From positions 1 through 57,818 of IMG/VR virus record IMGVR_UViG_3300032893_000051: a stretch of DNA of 57,818 bases. One strand, written 5' to 3'. Within the stretch, counting starts at the first letter, position 1. Each line of letters opens with the position of its first letter. Under the pieces are notes generated by a model. It ran no database searches. It was not told the DNA's origin and was given only the letters and a program-made list of their open reading frames with translations. The DNA comes from a virus (Duplodnaviria > Caudoviricetes). Shown here piece after piece: positions 46,884 to 54,606 of this stretch. Both the position numbers and the translations under genes were made by a program.

Positions 46884-47897
46884 TCATAGACTACTCTCGT
46901 ATCGCTGGCTTTCCCGATATGTTTTCATGACGATCCGCTTTGCCCACTTCGGAACGCGCTCGGTGTCCATCGGCTCGCCGTAGGGGATGTGGCGCATGAC
47001 GTAGTACAGGTCCGAGTATTTTTTTCTTTCCATGTCGAAACTGTGCACGCCGACAAAACCTTTTGCGTCGGAAGCTGTCCTTGATTTGACGACGTGAAAA
47101 TAAGTTTCCCACTTGTCCATGTTGCTGTCGTCCTTCGGAATCCTCGGAGCCATTACGATTATGTTCTGCGGAAGGTAAATCAGCTGAGAAGATCCCGAGA
47201 ACTCGTCCATTTCCGGAATCGGCGCCTGACTGGTCGACGAGCGCTTTCGAAACTGTCCGAGGAGAAGAATCGGTCGCCCGGCGTTTTCCGCCGCTCTGGA
47301 AATCAAGGCAATCGCTTCGCTCTGCTGGTCCAAGCGATCCAGCCCGGGCATCGCGTGGAAATGATCGACGATAAACAGATTGAACTCTGAGCAGGACGGT
47401 CCCTCAATTATCTTCGATACATCGGCCGCGGAGAGTTTTCCTTTGCGGTACAGAAACCGGACATCGGCCAGCGCAAGGACGTGTCTCAGGTGACTGGCAC
47501 CGTCCATTTCAAATTCCCTGAGCTGGTCTCCGTAGCGCCCAGCGACCCACTCTGCGTATCGGAGCGGCCGACCTTTCAGCGGGTGCGATTCACACTTCCA
47601 CATCTGCTCGACGATTAATTTCCACTGAATTCGCTTTTCAATCTCTCCCTCGTCGTGGTCGAGAGCGAAGTAAAGAACCGACTTGGCCTTTCGAGTCTGC
47701 TCGAGCAGGATGTGGGTGGCGAATTCAGTTTTCCCTCCTCCGCTTCGCGCTCCGATGAGAGTTACGTCCCCCGGGCCCATTCCCAGAATTGCGTCGTCGA
47801 GGAAGCTGATTCCGAAATCACATCGAAGCTGCTCGGCGAGAATTCTCTGCGACTCCTCGAAAATCTCTCTGCCCGAAATTGGATGCGTCCCAATCAT
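46884..47897 (-). CDS. DnaB-like (SF4) replicative helicase
   Basis: Walker A GARSGGGKT, IVDH, LLGQ, SGS and VKSR motifs. Confidence 0.88.
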   Translation of the reverse strand: MIGTHPISGREIFEESQRILAEQLRCDFGISFLDDAILGMGPGDVTLIGARSGGGKTEFATHILLEQTRKAKSVLYFALDHDEGEIEKRIQWKLIVEQMWKCESHPLKGRPLRYAEWVAGRYGDQLREFEMDGASHLRHVLALADVRFLYRKGKLSAADVSKIIEGPSCSEFNLFIVDHFHAMPGLDRLDQQSEAIALISRAAENAGRPILLLGQFRKRSSTSQAPIPEMDEFSGSSQLIYLPQNIIVMAPRIPKDDSNMDKWETYFHVVKSRTASDAKGFVGVHSFDMERKKYSDLYYVMRHIPYGEPMDTERVPKWAKRIVMKTYRESQRYESSL

Positions 47898-48637
47898 GAT
47901 TCATTCGCCCAGAGAGCGTCGTGGTCGATGGGCACGCGACTTGCACCCGGTTTGTTTGAAGGCAAAGTTTTCCGGTAATCCTCCCAGCCCCTGCTAAGCC
48001 AGCTCATGATAAATCGCGTCCAGCCCGAATGGTTCTTCGGAGACTTCCGCCGGTTCGCATTTAGCCACACCGCCATTTTTGAAAGTTCTTTGTCGATCCA
48101 CTCCGCGTCCGGGTAGATCAATTTTGCCTCCTCCCAACCCCCGTTCAATTGGCTCCTGACCCAGTCCCGAGAAAAGATTTCAGGGAGGGTGGCCGGCGGA
48201 GCGCTGGCGCGACGCGCCTTGGTTTTGGGTGGGTCGGGAATTCTCACCTCGGTGCCTTCTCCTCTCTTCTCTTCTATTCTCTTCTCTTCTATTCTAAGGG
48301 GTTTTATCGTAACGCGGCAAAGCTGCAATTTCGCCAACTTAACGATCAAGTTGGCTAGTGCTTTCGCATGTATTCCACTCACTTTCGATAAAGTTGCGAT
48401 CGAGTTGCAACTAAGTTGCGATCTACTTCGTGAGTAGTTCGCTAAGATTACACACCACAAATAACCACCTTGCGGTCCCAATGATCGGATTCTTGGATCG
48501 ATGTACCAACAAGTATCCATCTTAAACCAGTGCCTCGGACGCCCTGTGTCAGGGTTCCATTTTTCGAAGCTCGGAATCTCAATATCGAAGGTCGAATTTT
48601 TCAGCATTTCGATCGTAACTTCCCCCACGGCTTCCAT
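47894..48637 (-). CDS. Replication initiator protein
   Basis: WFK N-terminal HTH-type region, IEEKRIEEKR linker, C-terminal W..F..W motif; upstream of helicase. Confidence 0.75.
   Translation of the reverse strand: MEAVGEVTIEMLKNSTFDIEIPSFEKWNPDTGRPRHWFKMDTCWYIDPRIRSLGPQGGYLWCVILANYSRSRSQLSCNSIATLSKVSGIHAKALANLIVKLAKLQLCRVTIKPLRIEEKRIEEKRGEGTEVRIPDPPKTKARRASAPPATLPEIFSRDWVRSQLNGGWEEAKLIYPDAEWIDKELSKMAVWLNANRRKSPKNHSGWTRFIMSWLSRGWEDYRKTLPSNKPGASRVPIDHDALWANES
48258..48296. repeat. 15-bp tandem repeat (CTCTTCTCTTCTATT) inside the initiator gene; probable origin iterons
   Basis: Lambda-O-type initiators carry their origin inside the gene. Confidence 0.5.
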
Positions 48638-48944
48638 TCAGTTTTCCTCATAAGATGTGGCCTAAAAGATGCGTAAACCGAGCGTCGGCCTAGGTGTTGG
48701 CCCGGGGAGCTGCAACCCCCCGGGCGATATCATTTTTCGGATTGGTGTAGGGTTAGGGCCCCTACAGGCAAGATCAAAAAAAACCAATGAGTGCCCTCAG
48801 GCATCACCTGTATTTTACCCATTCTCCCCATCTTCACCAATCCTTGGTCCTTGCAGGGACCGCTTAAATAATTAGCCTGACTCAAGAAAAAAAACTAGAT
48901 TTTTTTTCACCGTCATTAGATTGTACCACGAGGTTACTTTTTGT

Positions 48945-49679
48945 ATGAACATTTTGACTGGCAGTCGACAGCGTCTTTCTCTTCCTTTACTTCGATGGTG
49001 TCCGAGCCCGATCGTTTTCGTCGAGCCGCAGGAGATCAAATACTACCTTGAGGCACATCCCGGTATTTTTTTTCACGAGCTTTCAAAAAACGACGGTGGG
49101 TTCAGTTACCTAATGAATCAGATGATTAACTACACGCTTGACCGAGGAGAAAGATATTTTCTCTTTACCGACGATGACGTGACCGATCTGCGAATTCGAA
49201 AAGGACTTACCGAAAAATTCTCCCGCGTGCCGGATAGTCTCTGGACCGATCGGTTGAAAGACTTTGCCGAAGCCAATGACCTCGCGCAGCTCGCCGTGAG
49301 TTTCGCTGGTCAGAGCTGGGCAGCGAAGAAGGAAATTCAGTACGGAGTCGGGGCCTGGGGAGTGCACCTGACCGACGCCAAGGCAGTGCGAGCCGTCGGA
49401 GGATACGACGAGTCCCTACCTTGTTTCGGGGACTGGGATATTTCCGCGAGACTGCTCCAGGCCGGCTACCTAACAGCCAGGACCAATCTGGTGACCTTCG
49501 TGCATAAAATGAAAAGCCACGAGGGAGGCGCCTGCGACGTGTACAAAAAAAAGCGTCTCGTCGAGGAGGCAGCCCACCGGGTGGCCGCGAAGTTCCCCGG
49601 CTGCGCCACCGTGAAGTGGGTGGAGTCCCACGGCCTGCACGAGGTGCGTTTTAACTGGAAAAAGCTCTCTTCTAAGTAA
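48945..49679 (+). CDS. TET/JBP-associated glycosyltransferase (TAGT/GREB1-like)
   Basis: FVEPQE..YY, FTDDD, D.D.S and GG motifs; near the TET/JBP gene; GAGG RBS before ATG at 48945. Confidence 0.7.
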   Translation: MNILTGSRQRLSLPLLRWCPSPIVFVEPQEIKYYLEAHPGIFFHELSKNDGGFSYLMNQMINYTLDRGERYFLFTDDDVTDLRIRKGLTEKFSRVPDSLWTDRLKDFAEANDLAQLAVSFAGQSWAAKKEIQYGVGAWGVHLTDAKAVRAVGGYDESLPCFGDWDISARLLQAGYLTARTNLVTFVHKMKSHEGGACDVYKKKRLVEEAAHRVAAKFPGCATVKWVESHGLHEVRFNWKKLSSK

Positions 49680-49703
49680 GCGAATCCCCTAATCTCATTC
49701 AGC

Positions 49704-49732
49704 TAGATTATTGTCCGACAATGTCCTACAAT
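49704..49732 (+). promoter_or_regulatory. sigma70-like promoter with an operator-like repeat in the spacer
   Basis: TAGATT-N17-TACAAT; spacer holds ATTGTC-C-GACAAT palindrome; TGTCC(G/T)ACAAT occurs twice. Confidence 0.6.
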
Positions 49733-49753
49733 ATAGTCAGATGGAGGTTAGCT

Positions 49754-49909
49754 ATGACTCAGGAAGAAAAGGTCCAGAAACTGATTCACCTTACGAAGAA
49801 ACTGATCCTGGCCCTGGACGAGATGAAGCTCTACATCCGCAAGCCCGGCGCTCTGATTATCGACGCAATAGAGGAGGCCAAGCATCTTCAGAAGGAGCTG
49901 GAAAAATGA
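49754..49909 (+). CDS. Small hypothetical protein
   Basis: GGAGG RBS; MTQEEKVQKL. Confidence 0.6.
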   Translation: MTQEEKVQKLIHLTKKLILALDEMKLYIRKPGALIIDAIEEAKHLQKELEK

Positions 49910-50163
49910 CTAGGCTGGAGGCTTTTCAGTCCCTCTTCGATCACCCTATGTACCGGAATAAGTGCAAGCAGCTCTCGGAACTGGACCTGCAGTTCTGCCG
50001 GGACTATTTGAACCACCGAAAGGAAATGAACGTGGATCTGTTTGCTTTCGAAGTAAATCGGATGTGCCTAGACACAGATAAGTCTAAGAATCATTTTCTG
50101 ATTTGGGAGCTGCTGTCGTCGGCAAATTCTATTATTGTGATGAAAGAAAGAGGTAAGAGATGA
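49906..50163 (+). CDS. Hypothetical protein
   Basis: ATGA overlap; MTRLEAFQ. Confidence 0.6.
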   Translation: MTRLEAFQSLFDHPMYRNKCKQLSELDLQFCRDYLNHRKEMNVDLFAFEVNRMCLDTDKSKNHFLIWELLSSANSIIVMKERGKR

Positions 50164-50369
50164 AAAGAGGACGCCCAATAACCGGCTGTGCGCGCGTGAG
50201 ACTAGATGTACGTGTGGACTCCGATATCCGAGAAAAAATTGCCGGCCTCGCCGCGAGTCTGGGATTGGACGTATCGAACTGCGTGCGAATGCTCCTGGCC
50301 ACCCACCCTACACTCTCCGGCGCTCCCGCTCCATCTTCTCCTTCCGGCAGCGAGCGAGCTCCTCGGTAG
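50160..50369 (+). CDS. Ribbon-helix-helix DNA-binding protein (RelB/CopG-like)
   Basis: RLDVRVDSDIREKIAGLAASLGLDVSNCVRMLL. Confidence 0.7.
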   Translation: MKRGRPITGCARVRLDVRVDSDIREKIAGLAASLGLDVSNCVRMLLATHPTLSGAPAPSSPSGSERAPR

Positions 50370-51159
50370 GCGAGCCGCACTTTTGCATCGCACGCAGAGC
50401 GTAGTAGACGATCGAGTATCGGTATCCGTTCTTATTCATAGGCTTCACCGGAGTTACTCCGTGGATGAAGCTTTGTCCGTCGAATAAAAAGTACGTGTGA
50501 TCGTCCAGGAGCCACTTGGCGTTGAACTCCGGAATGCTGAGATTTCCACCCTCAACCAGGTTCTTAAAAACAGCCATGCAACTCATCACTCCGTGCAGGT
50601 TTCCACGATCGAGGTGATATTTCAGGGGATTGTTTTTATTGACGATACCTGAGGTAAATCTGGTGCCGGGAATGATCCATTCAGACCGAACTTTTCGAAG
50701 CGCCGCCCAGTGCGCTGCGGCTGTTTCAGGAGCCCACTTTTCGTAGTAGTGATCTAGCACCTGCCCGAACGCACAAATTTCTTCGTGCACTGCCGGCTGC
50801 TCCTCACAGCAGCTAGAAACTCCGCAGAAGTTCGCCGAGGGATTATACGGAACGCGCGGACGAAATCCAAAGGTCCTGCTTTCTCCTAGCTGCCTGGCTC
50901 GCGCTGCCTGACTCATTTTTCGATCACCTACGCGATCCATATCCGAACTGCGAACCTCCTGGTTGTAGTTGAGGTTTTGAACTGCGCGCAGAACTGAATA
51001 GAAATATGAAAGGAACCGTCCGTAGATGATCACCGGCTTTCCGTCGAGGCAATACACTCCCGGTTCCGAGTAAACTATTTCTGTATCTGACTCAGCTGGA
51101 GACTTCTTAAGCCACTCCTTGGGAGTTATTTCTCGTCGGACTAGATCAATTCTTTGCAT
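50308..51159 (-). CDS. TET/JBP-family 2-oxoglutarate Fe(II) dioxygenase
   Basis: FTSGIVNKN, HLD (HxD), GGNL.IPE, HGVTP and RYSIVYY motifs. Confidence 0.88.
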   Translation of the reverse strand: MQRIDLVRREITPKEWLKKSPAESDTEIVYSEPGVYCLDGKPVIIYGRFLSYFYSVLRAVQNLNYNQEVRSSDMDRVGDRKMSQAARARQLGESRTFGFRPRVPYNPSANFCGVSSCCEEQPAVHEEICAFGQVLDHYYEKWAPETAAAHWAALRKVRSEWIIPGTRFTSGIVNKNNPLKYHLDRGNLHGVMSCMAVFKNLVEGGNLSIPEFNAKWLLDDHTYFLFDGQSFIHGVTPVKPMNKNGYRYSIVYYALRAMQKCGSPTEELARCRKEKMERERRRV

Positions 51160-51811
51160 TCAGCTTTTTCCAAATCGCCTGGGAGTAATCCTCTACCTCG
51201 TATTTCTTCAGCAGCTCGTCGAGGATGGCTATTACCTTTTCGTACTGTTCCTTGGGATAATAGAGGACAATCTGCTTCACGGCGGCGTTCTTGTATGCCT
51301 CGAAGGAAACATTTTCCTTGGCTTCCCCGTCCTTCTTTTCTGGCTCGGGCGGCAGAAGAGCTAGCCTAATTTCGGGCATGTTGATCTCCGGAAAGTTGAA
51401 ACGATCCAGAGCATCCACTTTTAGTTTCGCTCGTTTCATAAAATCCAGGAGTCCGTCGTTGGTCATCGTCCCGTACTGGGAGGTCCCCTGGGCAACGCGC
51501 TCCAGAGCTTCCTCTTCATTTGCAGCTTCCACTGGTGTGCAGAGAAGTTTCGGGATGCCGATTCCTTCCTCCCGAAGTCGCTTCAGCATTTTCCCCCGCT
51601 GATGTCCGTCGCAGAAATACCACTTCTTGGACTTTGGGTGCTGCCAAACATGCGGGCTGAAGGCGAAGCCGGTCTCCATCACCTCTTTTTTCATTCTCTG
51701 GTAGTTTTCTTCGGTGAGTATTTTTAGCTTTCCCTGGAGATCACTAATCTCATCGACATCGAGAAGGACTTGTTTTCCATAGGCCAATCGGACTTCGGTT
51801 TGCTTTTTCAT
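51146..51811 (-). CDS. ParB/Srx-like N-terminal domain protein
   Basis: GF..P..W...DGHQR motif; coupled to the TET/JBP gene. Confidence 0.75.
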   Translation of the reverse strand: MKKQTEVRLAYGKQVLLDVDEISDLQGKLKILTEENYQRMKKEVMETGFAFSPHVWQHPKSKKWYFCDGHQRGKMLKRLREEGIGIPKLLCTPVEAANEEEALERVAQGTSQYGTMTNDGLLDFMKRAKLKVDALDRFNFPEINMPEIRLALLPPEPEKKDGEAKENVSFEAYKNAAVKQIVLYYPKEQYEKVIAILDELLKKYEVEDYSQAIWKKLNAKN

Positions 51812-51925
51812 GGTGGCAGAATACCCGAGCCTGACGGGAATTCAAGGCAAGGAAAAATCTAGACAAACATCTAGACTCGGACTAGACATGAGGCGCTGCG
51901 GCGATGAAAAATGGAGGGACTGCCA

Positions 51926-52177
51926 ATGCTAGATCCTATCTGCGAATTGGTGGGACACCAGGTGTCCAAACGTCTCCACTGGACCGGCAACTATAAAACG
52001 AACGGCCAGTGGTGGTCCATAAACGAGCGCCGATGCAAAAGATGCCGCCAGGCGATCGACAGGAGGAAAATACTCGGCCGATTCACGAACGCGACTCAGG
52101 AGCAAATTAGCGATGCGATGGAAGAGAGCGACGAAAAATCCAGGCGTTTAGGCGAAGACCACTTCGAACATATCTAG
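51926..52177 (+). CDS. Small Zn-binding protein (DUF1660-like)
   Basis: ICELVGH...CKRC; GGAGG RBS. Confidence 0.6.
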   Translation: MLDPICELVGHQVSKRLHWTGNYKTNGQWWSINERRCKRCRQAIDRRKILGRFTNATQEQISDAMEESDEKSRRLGEDHFEHI

Positions 52178-52186
52178 AAAAAAACC

Positions 52187-52215
52187 TAGACTTATTTACC
52201 ACACTCCACTATAAC
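52187..52215 (+). promoter_or_regulatory. sigma70-like promoter for the repeat array and RAMP operon
   Basis: TAGACT-N17-TATAAC immediately before the array. Confidence 0.65.
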
Positions 52216-52702
52216 GCAGCTCGACATGACGTGGACTGTAGGTAAGCGCAACGGCCCGAAGCGACATGGCAGCATCGGATGGTCTGGTAGTCGAGTGACA
52301 TAGAACGACCTAAAGAGGTTAGAAGTGGAAGGGCAGTAGGGGTAACGGAGTAAAGGGGAAGGAATGGGCATCGAGTGACCAGGCAGTAGGGGAGGGTAAA
52401 AGAACTGCACTGATAAGGTACTGACAAGAATTGGCCTGATAAGAATTGTTCTGGCAGGAAAGACTCGCAAAGTAGCGTAACGGAGTGATTGAAACTGGTT
52501 AGCATTGAAGCGAAGCGGTTTGTTTCGGCAGAAGGGGAGCGGCTAAAAGTGAATTGAAGTGGACTGTCTCGGCAGACTCGGATCGGATCGGCGAGAACAG
52601 AACCGAAGCGGACTAAACAGGATGGAAATGGAAGGATAGGGCAGTGACGGATAGGCGTGAAATGGACTGATGGAATGGAAGGGAATGGAATGCAAAAGGC
52701 AA
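52215..52702 (+). ncRNA. Non-coding array of 8 GGCAG-delimited units made of 5-nt periodic G-N-N-N-N steps (candidate guide-RNA array)
   Basis: GGCAG at 52268, 52332, 52382, 52453, 52527, 52571 and 52640 (CGCAG at 52215, GGCAA at 52698); 72 of 82 pentamers start with G in a manual parse. Confidence 0.8.
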
Positions 52703-52725
52703 CCTGTAAGGAATTCTTACAAGGT
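52702..52725 (+). other. Stem-loop closing the array
   Basis: ACC-TGTAAG-gaatt-CTTACA-A-GGT, just before the GAGGAG RBS of 52739. Confidence 0.55.
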
Positions 52726-52738
52726 CGAGGAGTGAAGT

Positions 52739-53221
52739 GTGACCAAGAATTATACCGCGCTACCTGGTAGCGCTTTTTCCGACGACGATGCGCAGATAAT
52801 TGGTAGGTTCTTAGATAGGAAATTTCCTGACGGGCAGTTCACCGCGAAGGATGTCCTCGAGGCAGCTCGACCGCGATCCAGCGAGATTCATCGATTTGTT
52901 TTTTCGACGTCACCTCAGGACGCGGCGGAACGCTACTATTTGCTTCGTGCACGCAAACTAATTTCATGCTTGGTGGTCCACGTAGACGATGTACCCACGA
53001 AGAAGTACGTCTCCAGAGTTTTCGTCGAATCGTCAGCCAAAAAAATGTTCATGGATGTAGATCGCGCGCGAAGATCCGAGGATATCTGGAGTCAAGTGAT
53101 GGACCAGGCGATGCGCGACGCAATCAGGTTTCGAGACAGGTACAGTCGGCTCAAAAAAATTGGGCCGATTATTAAGGCAATAAACCGGGTTGAGGCGAAA
53201 TTGAAGGAGAAAAGCAGATGA
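52739..53221 (+). CDS. Helical partner protein of the RAMP-like gene
   Basis: TAKDVLEAAR..S.IH.F...AAERY.L.RARKLI motif; between array and RAMP gene; ATGA-coupled to it. Confidence 0.75.
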   Translation: MTKNYTALPGSAFSDDDAQIIGRFLDRKFPDGQFTAKDVLEAARPRSSEIHRFVFSTSPQDAAERYYLLRARKLISCLVVHVDDVPTKKYVSRVFVESSAKKMFMDVDRARRSEDIWSQVMDQAMRDAIRFRDRYSRLKKIGPIIKAINRVEAKLKEKSR

Positions 53222-53841
53222 AGAAAGTGGAAAATGCCAAAACAAAAAAGGAAGTGGTGAGGATTCCACCAATAGAGCTGAAGACCGCGCGGATCACACT
53301 GGTGGGAGTAACCCCACTTCTGGTACATCGGAAGTCCGAGAAGATGGAGAAGTACCTCGCCGAGCGCGATCAGAACGCCCCGAAGAATAAGCCAGCGCCG
53401 AGAAGTCCACACCAGGAATATCTGGACTCTATGTATAAGATTCCAGGAAAGAAGAATGTCTATGGAATTCCTGCAAGCGGAGTGAAGCTCTGTGCAGTTT
53501 CAGCGTGCCGATTTATCGGCGGCATTAAAATGACCACTGCTTTAGGCGCCTTCCACGTCGTGGGAGACATCGGTGGACTAATCCCTATCGAGGGAGGAAA
53601 GCCGACCATGGACGAAAGAATCGTACAGATAGGTAAGTTCGGTAGCAAAACTCCTCAACTACGGTACAGAGGACGCTGGGACAAGTGGCACCTGAATGTG
53701 ACCATTCGATATAACAGCGCGGTTATTAGTCCGGAACAATTAGTTCACCTCTATGAAAATGCAGGATTTGGCGTCGGACTCTGCGAGCATCGCCCAGAGA
53801 AAAAAGGGAATCTAGGAATGTTCTCTGTCAAGCGAGGCTAG
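53218..53841 (+). CDS. Stand-alone Cas7/RAMP-like RNA-binding protein
   Basis: ITLVGVTPLLVH (first strand), YGIPASGVK (IPxSxxK) and C-terminal G-rich loop AGFGVGLCEHRPEKKGNLGMFSV. Confidence 0.75.
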   Translation: MKKVENAKTKKEVVRIPPIELKTARITLVGVTPLLVHRKSEKMEKYLAERDQNAPKNKPAPRSPHQEYLDSMYKIPGKKNVYGIPASGVKLCAVSACRFIGGIKMTTALGAFHVVGDIGGLIPIEGGKPTMDERIVQIGKFGSKTPQLRYRGRWDKWHLNVTIRYNSAVISPEQLVHLYENAGFGVGLCEHRPEKKGNLGMFSVKRG

Positions 53842-53916
53842 GCATCAGAGGATCGGAAGGGGTATTTATCGGCACCAATTTGCCAGAGTTGTAAGACCCA
53901 GGTATAGAAGAAAGTC

Positions 53917-54135
53917 ATGAAAAACATCGAGACAATATCTCTTCCGACCAAGCGTAAGAAGAAGGGCGTGCAATGCAATCTGGACCAGGAGCTGCTTTCG
54001 GCGGCTCGGGTAGAAATGCGGAAGGAGAAAATCTCCATCACCGCGTGTCTGGAGTGGGGGCTGAAGGTTTACCTGCTCAGGTGCAACCCGCGGAAGGCGA
54101 AGGAAATAGGGATTCGTCTAGAGGCTGGAGGATAA
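53917..54135 (+). CDS. Ribbon-helix-helix DNA-binding protein
   Basis: VQCNLDQELLSAAR...ISITACLEWGLKVYL. Confidence 0.6.
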   Translation: MKNIETISLPTKRKKKGVQCNLDQELLSAARVEMRKEKISITACLEWGLKVYLLRCNPRKAKEIGIRLEAGG

Positions 54136-54333
54136 GATATTTGGAGGTAAAAAGTGGACATAGAAAAACTAACAATTGGTGAAGCGAGAGAGTTAAGCGC
54201 GATGCTGGACGTGCGCGGAAAACGAAAAAAGAATTAATGGGATACCCCATAGAGTGGACCGCATTAGATGCTTGGGCAATGCAGTGGTTCCGCTCCAAGC
54301 GAGGGAAGCATTCAAAAGATTGATAGGGCTAAA

Positions 54334-54606
54334 ATGATTTCCAAGTCTGAAATGAAGCGCGTGGCGATGCAGAACCCCGAGCGAATGGCGGAGGAATATT
54401 GGAAGCTGAAAAAAGAGAATGAGAGGTTGAGGGAGGCTTTGAGTTTTTACGCCAAAGCGAAGATTCTCTTCGCTTCCTTTGACGGAGAAATGCCTTTAGC
54501 GAAAGATGCTGCTAAGGGACTAGCTTTCTCGGGCTTTGAAACAACCGAAACCCACGTGAAGGACGACGGAGCAATTGCCCGCGCCGCGCTGGAGGACGAG
54601 AAGTGA
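54334..54606 (+). CDS. Coiled-coil hypothetical protein
   Basis: MISKSEMKR...ENERLREALSFYA...IARAAL, a common phage pattern. Confidence 0.65.
   Translation: MISKSEMKRVAMQNPERMAEEYWKLKKENERLREALSFYAKAKILFASFDGEMPLAKDAAKGLAFSGFETTETHVKDDGAIARAALEDEK

Noticed and set aside
51886-51896. Self-target of array unit 7 (reverse complement of its concatenated dinucleotides shares CATGAGGCG with this site)
   Set aside because: A 9-nt match is expected by chance given the many decodings possible; it needs a computed null
52192-52505. Minus-strand ORFs 52192..52470 and 52209..52505 as genes
   Set aside because: Antisense to the promoter and operon, no RBS, and composition simply mirrors the purine-rich array
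52640-52697. The array as a simple GGAAT microsatellite
   Set aside because: Only the last unit has near-identical pentamers; the others keep phase while varying positions 4-5
52215-52702. Canonical CRISPR array or TIGR array
   Set aside because: No 23-47-nt identical repeats, no box C/D-like dual repeats, and the adjacent protein is RAMP-like rather than Nop-domain
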